The translations under genes and the position numbers were made by a program. DNA of 64,000 nt, from positions 332,110 to 396,109 of the forward strand of contig CAYVKP010000001.1 of assembly GCA_964452165.1 (NCBI GenBank), written 5' to 3'. Below, piece after piece: positions 36,794 to 45,822 of the stretch. The notes beneath the pieces are model-generated. The model saw nothing but the letters and a program-made list of their open reading frames with translations, ran no database searches and had not been told where the DNA came from. Each line of letters opens with the position of its first letter. The stretch's first letter is position 1. The stretch is from an uncultured Gammaproteobacteria bacterium (GTDB taxonomy: Bacteria; Patescibacteriota; Microgenomatia; Levybacterales; GWA1-39-11).

Positions 36794-37294
36794 ATGGAAG
36801 AGAAGGCGAAAATCATCCATAGCTTTGATGAATCGGCCGAGGACAAGAGATCTTCCAAACCGGGTAAACCGGGCCAAAGCAATTTCAAACCTATGAGCGG
36901 AAAATCACCGATAGTTTTATTTTTAATCCTCGCAGTTTTGGGTGTAGCAACCGGATTTGTAGTTTCAAAAGTTAGCGGTGCAGGAACGGTTCAGGTAGCA
37001 GGCCCGAATGGTAAAGTTACAACAACATCTATCTCGGCCGGCCAAGTTTTTGGTTCTAAGGATGAGAAGACTTTTAAGGACAGTGCGGAAGGAACATTAA
37101 AGGTAGGTGGAATAGATGGTGAAGGAGCATACCACTTGGAGCGCCCGGGCGGAGATTCACAAAACGTTTATTTGACATCTTCAGTGATCGATCTTTCAGG
37201 TTTTGTAGGTAAGAAAGTAAAAGTGTGGGGAGAAACCAATGCGTCCGATAAAGCCGGTTGGCTTATGGACGTCGGCAGGCTTCAAGTTTTGTAA
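36794..37294 (+). CDS. membrane-anchored hypothetical protein with OB-fold-like C-terminus
   Basis: TM helix; VYLTSSVIDLSGFVGKKVKVWG. Confidence 0.7.
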   Translation: MEEKAKIIHSFDESAEDKRSSKPGKPGQSNFKPMSGKSPIVLFLILAVLGVATGFVVSKVSGAGTVQVAGPNGKVTTTSISAGQVFGSKDEKTFKDSAEGTLKVGGIDGEGAYHLERPGGDSQNVYLTSSVIDLSGFVGKKVKVWGETNASDKAGWLMDVGRLQVL

Positions 37295-37316
37295 AGTTCT
37301 GCTGATCCTGTTTCCG

Positions 37317-38117
37317 ATGATTGTATTTGCCAATGTTACAAAAAAGTACGGTACTGGTGAACCTGTCCTTAACAACATCAATTTTTCAATTGACAAAGGG
37401 GCATTTGTTTATTTGGTTGGACCAACGGGCTCCGGTAAAACCACTATCTTTCGTTTAATAATTCGAGATCTACTCCCATCTGAAGGACAAATAAATATTG
37501 GAGAGTGGGATTTGATAAATCTTCCAAAGAACAAAATCCCGGTTTTGAGAAGAAAAGTTGGAGTGGTATTTCAAGACCTAAAATTGCTCATGGACAGGAC
37601 TGTTGTTGAAAACGTAATGCTTCCATTGCAACTCTCAGGTACGGGTGAATCCGAAGCGAGAAATAAAGCTGAAGAGGCATTGATAGATGTGGGACTTGAG
37701 GATAAGCTTAATAAATTTCCATTGCAACTTTCCGGTGGAGAAAGACAGCGAGTGGCAATAGCGCGAGCCCTAGTTTTTGACCCTGAAGTAATTTTGGCAG
37801 ACGAGCCTACGGGTAATCTTGATACTCAGACTTCATTTCAAATACTTGATCTTTTGAAAAGCATCAACAAAAAAGGCACAACAATTTTTATGGCAACTCA
37901 TAACGATAAAATCATTGAGAAATCTAATGATCGGATAATGACGATGGAAAAAGGCAGAATGGTTGAAGACAGAAAAACAAAATCAGCGGAAAAGAAAGCC
38001 CCTGAGAAAGAAAAAAAAGACGAGGATAAGCACCATGATGATGAGAAAAAGAAAGATCCCGCCAAAGGCGAGACAAGCAAGATCAGTCTTGAAAAGCTTG
38101 CAAGCAAAGGAGATTAA
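37317..38117 (+). CDS. ftsE: cell division ATP-binding protein FtsE
   Basis: Motifs [24 protein letters not shown] and ADEPTGNLD; directly upstream of ftsX. Confidence 0.92.
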   Translation: MIVFANVTKKYGTGEPVLNNINFSIDKGAFVYLVGPTGSGKTTIFRLIIRDLLPSEGQINIGEWDLINLPKNKIPVLRRKVGVVFQDLKLLMDRTVVENVMLPLQLSGTGESEARNKAEEALIDVGLEDKLNKFPLQLSGGERQRVAIARALVFDPEVILADEPTGNLDTQTSFQILDLLKSINKKGTTIFMATHNDKIIEKSNDRIMTMEKGRMVEDRKTKSAEKKAPEKEKKDEDKHHDDEKKKDPAKGETSKISLEKLASKGD

Positions 38118-38981
38118 ATGCATTTAGATACAGTCAGAAAATATATAAGAAGGTCGCCGTATCAGGCTATATCTGCGATCATGATAATGAGCCTTACTTT
38201 TTTTGCATTTTCTGTTTTTGGAATTTTGACGATAGTTTCTGTCCGCTTCATAGCTTATTTTGAATCAAGACCTCAGCTAACAGTTTTCTTTAAAGACACT
38301 TCATCTCGAGCCGATATTGCTGCTCTTCAAAAAAAACTTGAGGACACGCAAAAAACCTCATCTATTACCTATGTATCAAAAGAAGATGCACTAAAGATCT
38401 ATAAAGAGCAAAACAAAAGTGATCCAATACTTCTTGACTTGGTGACTTCCGATATACTTCCGGCCTCTATTGAAGTTCAGGCAAAACAGGCTCAGAATTT
38501 GACCGATCTTGCAAGTATTGTAAGAGGATCGGATAAGGTTGAGGAAGTCGTTTTCCAAAAAGACATAGTTGATACCCTTGTTGCTTGGACGAATGCCGCA
38601 AGAAAAATAGGCGCCGGAGTAATTGCAATTCTTGTTGTAGTCTCAACGATGGTAATAGTTACAATCATAGGAATAAAGATAACGATGAGACGCGAAGAAA
38701 TAGAAATAATGAGACTAATTGGAGCATCTAATTGGTTTATTAGAGCGCCGTTTTTGCTTGAGGGAGCATTTTATGGATTTGTCGGTTCGGTTGTTGGTGG
38801 AGCAGCATCGATTGGACTTTTTTACTATTTCTCCCCCGCTCTCGAGTCATTCCTAAGAGGAGTCTCAATTTTTCCTATATCGCCAATAATAATGGGCGAG
38901 CTTCTTTTGATAGAAATAATTATCGCGGTTACTCTCGGCGCGTTTGCAAGCTATTTGGCAGTTCTTCGTTATCTTAAATAA
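38118..38981 (+). CDS. ftsX: cell division permease FtsX
   Basis: Motifs YVSKEDAL, LPASIEV and RREEIEIMRLIGASNWFIRAPFLLEG. Confidence 0.93.
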   Translation: MHLDTVRKYIRRSPYQAISAIMIMSLTFFAFSVFGILTIVSVRFIAYFESRPQLTVFFKDTSSRADIAALQKKLEDTQKTSSITYVSKEDALKIYKEQNKSDPILLDLVTSDILPASIEVQAKQAQNLTDLASIVRGSDKVEEVVFQKDIVDTLVAWTNAARKIGAGVIAILVVVSTMVIVTIIGIKITMRREEIEIMRLIGASNWFIRAPFLLEGAFYGFVGSVVGGAASIGLFYYFSPALESFLRGVSIFPISPIIMGELLLIEIIIAVTLGAFASYLAVLRYLK

Positions 38982-40216
38982 TGTGGTCCAGGAAAATATT
39001 AGTAACCTTATTTATAATTTGCTCGATAGCTTTTTTACTAAGCGCTAAATCTTTTGCGCAGGATTCACCAACTCCAACCCCGTCTCCCACTCCTGATAAT
39101 TCAAAAGCAGTTTCAGACTTACAAAACCAAATAAAAGATTACGAATCAAAAATTTCCGATCTCCAAGGACAGGAAAAAACGCTCTCGTCTCAAATTTCCA
39201 TAATGAATAACCAAATAAAGCTGACCGAGCTACGTATTTCAGCAACTCGGGAGCAGATTAAAGAACTCGAGCATGAAATAGAAATAGCCAAAAATAAGGT
39301 TAGCGGTCTTCAGAAAGACATTGACGTTTCAACAAAAGCATTAATTGGGAGAATTGCCGCTGTCTATCAGGTGGGATCGATTAAGCCCTGGGAGGTGTTT
39401 TTGACAGCAAGCAGTATCCACGACGTATTTAATAGACTTACCTATTTGAGGGTAGTTCAGGCGTATGACAAGAGAAAAGTTTATGCTGCGGAACAAGCAA
39501 AAAATGATTATGCCAATCAAAAGTCAATTTACGAAGACAAGCAAGCGGAGGCCGAGGCTTTAAGTAAAAAGCTTGAGGCTTATACGGATCAACTCGATCA
39601 GGAAAAAGCAAGTAAACAGACATTGCTAAGTCAAACACAAGGTAATGAAGCAAACTATCAAAGATTGTTGTCAGCCGCCCAGGCTCAGCTTGCCGGATTC
39701 TCAAAGTTTGCACAAAGTCAGGGAGGAGCATCTCTTCTATCAGGCCAAACGAGCTGTGATGATTGGGGATGTTATTATAATCAGCGAGATACACAGTGGG
39801 GTGGGCTTTCTCTCAACGGTACTCAATATACAATTGCTTCTGATGGTTGTCTTGTTACCTCGATGGCAATGGTTTTGACCCACTATGGACATAGGGGAGT
39901 AACTCCCATCTCCGTTAATTCAAACCCTGACAATTTTGCTTCTTACTATCCGGCTTATCTCCTTTACACAATTCATGTTGATGGGGTTACTGCGCAAAGA
40001 ATAAGTGCCTCGATAGATTCAACCCTATCCGGTGGAAATCCCGTTGTGGTGGGAGTCCATGCATATGGCGGAACGCATTTTGTGGTTTTAGTAAGTGGTT
40101 CGGGAGGAAATTACAAAATGCGCGACCCATTTGTTCCAAACGGTAAAGACATAAACTTTACCGACCACTACTCCACGGGTAGTATTTACGAAATTGACAG
40201 AGTATCAATAAACTAA
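38981..40216 (+). CDS. secreted PcsB/CwlO-type coiled-coil protein with C39-like peptidase domain
   Basis: Signal peptide, long coiled coil, then YYNQRD..GCLVTSMAM..HFVV..DP. Confidence 0.8.
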   Translation: MWSRKILVTLFIICSIAFLLSAKSFAQDSPTPTPSPTPDNSKAVSDLQNQIKDYESKISDLQGQEKTLSSQISIMNNQIKLTELRISATREQIKELEHEIEIAKNKVSGLQKDIDVSTKALIGRIAAVYQVGSIKPWEVFLTASSIHDVFNRLTYLRVVQAYDKRKVYAAEQAKNDYANQKSIYEDKQAEAEALSKKLEAYTDQLDQEKASKQTLLSQTQGNEANYQRLLSAAQAQLAGFSKFAQSQGGASLLSGQTSCDDWGCYYNQRDTQWGGLSLNGTQYTIASDGCLVTSMAMVLTHYGHRGVTPISVNSNPDNFASYYPAYLLYTIHVDGVTAQRISASIDSTLSGGNPVVVGVHAYGGTHFVVLVSGSGGNYKMRDPFVPNGKDINFTDHYSTGSIYEIDRVSIN

Positions 40217-40230
40217 TAGACTTCTTCTAG

Positions 40231-41037
40231 ATGCTTAAAAAAGTCTGTCTAGTCTTGTTTGCGATTTTATTTTTCCTATTCTCTGCGCCGATCATATATG
40301 CAGTTAGTTTAACTGTCGGCAATATCCCTTCGAGCATTGACCAATCGCAAGATAAAGAGCTTGACATAGTATTATCTTGTTCCGGGTGTACAGGCGACTC
40401 GTTTTTACGGGCCGTTTTTTATCCAAGTGGAACAAGCTATTTCGGTTACACTCAGGATAATAGCGGGAATTGGATCAACTCACCTGGAGGGAGTTGTACA
40501 CAATACTACAAAATCGCACAGTCCGACTTAAATAGTGGGAGTTGGAGCGGTAAACTCAAAATCAAGCCAGATTCGAACAGCTCTCTTTATGGTGGACCCG
40601 GTGATTATTTATTTAAGGTAGGAAGATATACGAGCAGCTGTGGAACACCAACATGGTCTACTGAGACTACGGTCTCCATAACGGGTCCAACACCGACTCC
40701 AACTAGCGCTCCAACACCCACAAACTCTCCAAGTGCTACTCCTACAAAAGCACCAACGTCTACACCTACCAAAGTTCCTGCTCTGAGTCCTACAGTATCG
40801 GCCTCGGACACTCCGTCACCTGGAGAAAGTAGCAATAGTGGTTTGCTATCTTCAAATGTGGATTCGCCTAAGGATACGCCCTCAGTCTCTACTAAGCCGG
40901 AAGTTCTGGGAATATCAACGGGAGGATCACCGCTATTATTTATAGTGCTTGGATTGATATTTATCGCAGCTTGTGGCATACTTGCATACTTTCAACTAGG
41001 CGACAAAATTTTTATATGGAAGAAGAAGTTGCAATAA
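40231..41037 (+). CDS. secreted protein with Pro/Thr/Ser linker and C-terminal TM anchor
   Basis: Signal peptide, PTPT repeats, VLG motif and a C-terminal TM helix. Confidence 0.75.
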   Translation: MLKKVCLVLFAILFFLFSAPIIYAVSLTVGNIPSSIDQSQDKELDIVLSCSGCTGDSFLRAVFYPSGTSYFGYTQDNSGNWINSPGGSCTQYYKIAQSDLNSGSWSGKLKIKPDSNSSLYGGPGDYLFKVGRYTSSCGTPTWSTETTVSITGPTPTPTSAPTPTNSPSATPTKAPTSTPTKVPALSPTVSASDTPSPGESSNSGLLSSNVDSPKDTPSVSTKPEVLGISTGGSPLLFIVLGLIFIAACGILAYFQLGDKIFIWKKKLQ

Positions 41038-41453
41038 GCAAAAATGCACAAGATACAAAAAAAATCGGCAAGGAATTTATCCAAAAACTTAAACCCGGGC
41101 AGATAATTTTTCTGACTGGGGATCTTGGTGCTGGAAAAACTACTTTTGTTCAGGGGGCAGCCGCGGGTCTTAATATACCTCAAAGAATAATCTCTCCAAC
41201 ATTTATTTTAGTGAGAGCTCATAGCGGCGTTCTTAAGGATTTGCCTATTAAAATGTATCACGTTGATCTTTACAGGGTTGAAAATGATGACGAGATAAAA
41301 AGTCTTGGATTAGAAGAAATGTTCGACGGCAAAAATAACTTAATATTCATCGAGTGGGGTAAAAAAACAAATAAGATTAAACATGATTGGGAAGTCGACT
41401 TTAAAATATTGGACGATAATGAAAGGGAAATTAAAATAATCAAAAATGAATAG
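41016..41453 (+). CDS. tsaE: tRNA t6A ATPase TsaE
   Basis: Motifs GDLGAGKTTF, SPTF, HVDLYR and IEW. Confidence 0.93.
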   Translation: MEEEVAISKNAQDTKKIGKEFIQKLKPGQIIFLTGDLGAGKTTFVQGAAAGLNIPQRIISPTFILVRAHSGVLKDLPIKMYHVDLYRVENDDEIKSLGLEEMFDGKNNLIFIEWGKKTNKIKHDWEVDFKILDDNEREIKIIKNE

Positions 41454-42024
41454 AAATACAAAGCGCGCTATAAGCACTTTGAATAAAGGTGGAGTAATAA
41501 TTTTTCCAACCGATACGGCTTTTGGAATAGGTTGTAGAATCGATAATGGTGTGGCGGTGAGCAGGCTTTTTAAAATCAAAAAAAGACCCGACAAAAAGCC
41601 GGTGCCGGTCCTTGCCTCTTCTGTAGAGATGGCTGAGAAGTACGTAGGAGAAATAGATCCCGATGTCCGTAAAATCATGAAAAAATATTGGCCGGGCGGA
41701 TTGACAATTGTCATGCAATGCAAACAGGAAAGAGTTCCAGCTCTTGTTCGTGGCGACAGGGTAACAATTGGGATTAGAATTCCAAATCATAGGACAGCGC
41801 TTGAAATAATAAGAAAAATTGGAGTTCCAATTCTTGCTCCTTCGGCAAACTTCTCGGGAGAGCAGACTCCATATAAAAACTCTCAACTTAACAAAAAATT
41901 TGTCAACCTTGTGGATATGGTTTTGTCAGGACGCTGCAGCGCAAGAAAAGCATCAACGGTGATCGACGTAACAAAAAAACCTTGGAAAGTACTGCGCGAA
42001 GGAGCAGTTCACTTAGTAAAATGA
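41446..42024 (+). CDS. tsaC: L-threonylcarbamoyladenylate synthase (TsaC/YrdC)
   Basis: Motifs PTDTAFG, KKRP, WPGGLT, PSAN, STVID and LREG. Confidence 0.92.
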   Translation: MNRNTKRAISTLNKGGVIIFPTDTAFGIGCRIDNGVAVSRLFKIKKRPDKKPVPVLASSVEMAEKYVGEIDPDVRKIMKKYWPGGLTIVMQCKQERVPALVRGDRVTIGIRIPNHRTALEIIRKIGVPILAPSANFSGEQTPYKNSQLNKKFVNLVDMVLSGRCSARKASTVIDVTKKPWKVLREGAVHLVK

Positions 42025-42332
42025 GTATTTTATATATAGATACAAGAAATAATAAGGAGATTGTCGTTCGGCTTGAAAAGGGAGATAAGGTTTTTGAGCT
42101 CAAATCCGATGCTTTAAATTTGAAAGCTCAAGCCACGCTGCCATTGATTGATAAAATTTTAAAGGAGGCAAATTTGACGCCCGCAGATATAAACGAAATA
42201 AAAGTTGAAAGAGGCCCCGGCTCATTTACTGGTTTACGGGTTGGTATATCAATTGCAAACGCACTGGGTTTTGCAAACAACATTAAGATAAATGGTAAAA
42301 AAGTCAGCGAAATAGAAACGCCTCAATATTAG
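42021..42332 (+). CDS. tsaB: short TsaB (N-terminal lobe only)
   Basis: Motifs LYIDT and GPGSFTGLRVG; only 103 aa. Confidence 0.85.
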   Translation: MSILYIDTRNNKEIVVRLEKGDKVFELKSDALNLKAQATLPLIDKILKEANLTPADINEIKVERGPGSFTGLRVGISIANALGFANNIKINGKKVSEIETPQY

Positions 42333-42378
42333 TTTCACGGGTCTTGTGATTTTAAATTCGTAGCTTATATAATGGTAT

Positions 42379-43269
42379 ATGCTCTCGTTTTTAAAACATT
42401 GGTTATTGCCTCACGAAAAGAATAATCACAGAGCCAAAATCCTACATAATTCAAGTCTGCTATTTATAGTGATTCTGGTTTTTTCGTTTTCCATCATTTC
42501 TCATGTTGTTAAAATCACTCATCCTGACGTCTTGGGTATATCCTATTCGATCTCGGCAAATGATCTTTTGTCTCTTGTTAATCAGCAAAGACAAAGCGGT
42601 GGTCTCCCTGCGCTTGTTGAAAATGCCCAGCTAGATGACGCCGCAAGACGCAAAGCTGCGGACATGCTTGCTAAAAACTATTGGGCTCATTTTGCCCCCG
42701 ACGGCTCCACGTCGCCATGGGGCTTCATAAAAGCTTCTGGTTACAATTATCAATTTGCTGGAGAGAATTTAGCTAAAGGCTTTACTGATTCGGGGTCGGT
42801 TGTTACGGCGTGGATGAATTCTCCGACTCATCGAGACAATATCCTCTCAAATAAATTCAAAGATGTAGGATTTGCGATAGTTCCCGGAACTCTTCAAGGA
42901 GAAGACACAGTTCTGGTGGTTGAGATGTTCGGTGAGATACCGAGTGGAGCGGCCCAGGTGCCGGAGGTTGCTGTAAAATCTGCACAAAGTGCCCCGGCGG
43001 CGCCACAAGAGGCCCAAGTCAAATCAGTAGTGGCTTCTTCTCCAAAGTCTGTTGAAAGAGTGGTAAAGACGCCCAAAATAGATACTAACGCAACAAAAAC
43101 AGTAACAACGGTGGGATTAATTTTCATGGGGTTAGCACTTTGTCTTGATGCTCTGGTTGTTGAGCGAAGAAAAATTCCAAGAATTGTCGGACACAATCTT
43201 GATCACCTCATGCTAATTGTCTTCTTTATAGTTTTCTTGATCATTATGAGGGGAGGAGTTATCGTATGA
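42379..43269 (+). CDS. CAP/SCP domain membrane protein
   Basis: Motifs NQQR, KAADM..YWAH, GENLAKG and WMNSPTHRDNI. Confidence 0.88.
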   Translation: MLSFLKHWLLPHEKNNHRAKILHNSSLLFIVILVFSFSIISHVVKITHPDVLGISYSISANDLLSLVNQQRQSGGLPALVENAQLDDAARRKAADMLAKNYWAHFAPDGSTSPWGFIKASGYNYQFAGENLAKGFTDSGSVVTAWMNSPTHRDNILSNKFKDVGFAIVPGTLQGEDTVLVVEMFGEIPSGAAQVPEVAVKSAQSAPAAPQEAQVKSVVASSPKSVERVVKTPKIDTNATKTVTTVGLIFMGLALCLDALVVERRKIPRIVGHNLDHLMLIVFFIVFLIIMRGGVIV

Positions 43270-43526
43270 AGCCAATGAGTCACGGGTTGTATTATATTTT
43301 GGAACTGACGATTTTACTCGCCGGATTTTACCTTGTCTATCTCCTCTCTTACGACTTTAGACTTCAAATTATTAATCTGGCATTCGTTCTTTTGATCTAC
43401 TCACTAATAGGCATGTGGCACCACAAGTCTCACCATTCATTGAAGTCTAAAATTGTGGTAGAATATCTCTTGGTAAGCATTTTGATATTTGCTTGCTTTT
43501 TGTTTCTTAACGCAGGAAAAATATGA
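43266..43526 (+). CDS. small three-TM membrane protein
   Basis: Hydrophobic 86-aa ORF overlapping both neighbours; WHH motif. Confidence 0.7.
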   Translation: MKPMSHGLYYILELTILLAGFYLVYLLSYDFRLQIINLAFVLLIYSLIGMWHHKSHHSLKSKIVVEYLLVSILIFACFLFLNAGKI

Positions 43527-44257
43527 AAGGCGTAATACTCGCAGGTGGACTCGCAACAAGGCTTAGGCCTCTTACTTTAGTAACAAATAAACATTTACTC
43601 CCGGTTTACAATAAGCCCATGATTTATTACCCAATTGAGGCTGCAAAAAAGGCCGGTGTATCCGAACTTCTTATTTCTTCTTCTCCCGATCATTCAGGAC
43701 AATTCGCAAGCCTGCTCAAATCCGGAGAGGAGTTTGGTTTGAAGCTTTATTTTACTGTTCAAGACAAGCCCGGAGGAATAGCTGAGGCTATTATGTTGGC
43801 TGAGGATTTTGCAAAAGACGACAACTTATTAGTAATTTTGGGAGATAATATATTTGGTTATGATCTAAAGTTAGACCGCGAAGAGTTCGAAAAAAAAGAA
43901 AAAGGGGCCATGGTTTTTGGAGTCAGAATGGATACTCAATCAAAGCAATACGGAGTCATAGAGCTTGATAACCTAGGTAAAGTCCTCTCAATTGAGGAAA
44001 AACCGGATCATCCAAAGTCTAACATAGCTCAAACGGGAATCTATATGTACGATAAGCGTGTCTTCAGCTTGATCGAAAAACTTTCACCTTCTAAGCGTGG
44101 AGAGCTAGAGGTAACCGATCTAAATAATCTTTATGTTAAAGAAGGAACAATGAATTGCAAGATAATTGATTGGTGGATTGACGCCGGAAGTTCGCACGAT
44201 GAACTTCTTCGGGCCAATACGCTTGTGGCCGAGAAAGTTCGCGCTGGCGAACTTTAA
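43523..44257 (+). CDS. rmlA: glucose-1-phosphate thymidylyltransferase (short RmlA/SpsI-like)
   Basis: Motifs GGLATRLRPLT, KHLLPVYNKPMIYYP, LGDN and RGELEVTD. Confidence 0.85.
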   Translation: MKGVILAGGLATRLRPLTLVTNKHLLPVYNKPMIYYPIEAAKKAGVSELLISSSPDHSGQFASLLKSGEEFGLKLYFTVQDKPGGIAEAIMLAEDFAKDDNLLVILGDNIFGYDLKLDREEFEKKEKGAMVFGVRMDTQSKQYGVIELDNLGKVLSIEEKPDHPKSNIAQTGIYMYDKRVFSLIEKLSPSKRGELEVTDLNNLYVKEGTMNCKIIDWWIDAGSSHDELLRANTLVAEKVRAGEL

Positions 44258-44261
44258 CTTC

Positions 44262-44795
44262 ATGACAAAAATAGTCTCCAGTAAAACTCTTTTTCAAGAT
44301 CAATATATCCAATTGGTAGAAAATACAATCGAGTTCAAAGGTAACACCCGGCAACACAACGACGTTTACAGAAAACCTGCAGTTTCAATTTTCCCCATCG
44401 ACGATTCCGGTAATATTTTTCTCATCAACCAATACAGGTATTTACTTGGAGAGACCGTTATTGAAGCGGTTGCAGGGATTATGGATGAAGGAGAAGAGAT
44501 CCTTGATACAGCAAGACGTGAACTAAGAGAGGAAACCGGAATTGTGGCACACGATTATCGAAAAATTCATTCCATTTATGCTGCAGGAAGTTTTGTTAAA
44601 ATCCAACAGCATTTGGTGGTTGCGCGTAATCTTTCTTTTGAAACTGCAACTCCCGAAGAAGACGAACAAATAAAGCTTATAAAAATGCCCCTTGTGGAGG
44701 CGGTAGAAAAGGTTCTGGCCGGAGAAATCAAGACAGCATCTAGTATAATAGGAATATTGCTTCTTGATAAAATGAGGCAGAGGGGACAAATATGA
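44262..44795 (+). CDS. NUDIX hydrolase (ADP-ribose/NDP-sugar pyrophosphatase-like)
   Basis: Motifs QYRY, AG..ARRELREETG and EEDE. Confidence 0.85.
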   Translation: MTKIVSSKTLFQDQYIQLVENTIEFKGNTRQHNDVYRKPAVSIFPIDDSGNIFLINQYRYLLGETVIEAVAGIMDEGEEILDTARRELREETGIVAHDYRKIHSIYAAGSFVKIQQHLVVARNLSFETATPEEDEQIKLIKMPLVEAVEKVLAGEIKTASSIIGILLLDKMRQRGQI

Positions 44796-45820
44796 AAGTA
44801 TTGGTTACAGGCGGAGCAGGCTTTATTGGTTCGAATTTCATTTTATATTGGCTCAAAAATCACTCGGATGATGAGATCGTAAATTTCGATAAGCTTACCT
44901 ACGCGGGAAATCTTGAAAATTTAAAGGAGATAGAATCAAATCCTAGCTATCAGTTTGTTCGCGGAGATATTACAAATGTTGATGATGTCGCAAGGGTGAT
45001 GGCGGGAATCGATACCGTGGTTCATTTTGCGGCTGAAAGCCACGTTGACCGCTCAATTCACGATCCGGCCCCTTTTATAATGGCAAACGTTGTAGGTACA
45101 CAAATACTTCTCGACGCGGCTCTTAAAGCGGGTATTAAGAGATTTCATCATATCTCAACGGATGAAGTATTTGGATCGCTCGATTTAAACGATTCGAACA
45201 AGTTTAGTGAACGTACAAATTATAACCCCAGAAGTCCTTATGCGGCAAGCAAGGCCAGCTCAGATCATTTGGTGCGAGCTTATTACCATACGTATAGCCT
45301 ACCTATTACAATTACCAACTGTTCAAATAACTTCGGCCCTTACCAATTTCCAGAAAAAATAATCCCATTGGCAATAACCAATCTACTTGAAGGTAAAAAA
45401 ATTCCAATCTACGGAGACGGACTTTATGTTCGCGATTGGTTATATGTTGAGGATCATTGTAGAGCAATTGATGCGGTTTTGACATCAGGAAAAGTAGGCG
45501 AAACATATGTCGTCGGAGGTTTAGTCCAGGATATTCCCAATATAGAAATAGCAAAGAAAATTATCCACCTCCTTGGTAAAAAAGAGGAAAGTATTGAATT
45601 TGTTGCTGATCGTCCGGGACACGATAGAAGATACGCAGTGGACTGGTCGAGAATAAAAAACGAATTGGGCTGGGAGCCGGAACACGATTTTGATACTTGG
45701 CTCGCTAGTACTGTCGAATGGTATAAAAACAACGAACAGTGGTGGAAAGACGTTAAAGACGGAGAATATCAGAAATATTACGATAAGCAGTACAAGAATT
45801 CCCTTCAAAACTCAGAATAA
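44792..45820 (+). CDS. rmlB: dTDP-glucose 4,6-dehydratase
   Basis: Motifs GGAGFIG, DKLTYAGN, HFAAESHVDRSI, STDEV, YAASK and DRPGHDRRY. Confidence 0.95.
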   Translation: MKVLVTGGAGFIGSNFILYWLKNHSDDEIVNFDKLTYAGNLENLKEIESNPSYQFVRGDITNVDDVARVMAGIDTVVHFAAESHVDRSIHDPAPFIMANVVGTQILLDAALKAGIKRFHHISTDEVFGSLDLNDSNKFSERTNYNPRSPYAASKASSDHLVRAYYHTYSLPITITNCSNNFGPYQFPEKIIPLAITNLLEGKKIPIYGDGLYVRDWLYVEDHCRAIDAVLTSGKVGETYVVGGLVQDIPNIEIAKKIIHLLGKKEESIEFVADRPGHDRRYAVDWSRIKNELGWEPEHDFDTWLASTVEWYKNNEQWWKDVKDGEYQKYYDKQYKNSLQNSE

Positions 45821-45822
45821 AC

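Noticed and set aside
40680-40800. Repetitive CCAAC/CCTAC-rich DNA as a tandem repeat or CRISPR
   Set aside because: It is degenerate coding sequence for a Pro/Thr linker, with no fixed repeat-spacer period.
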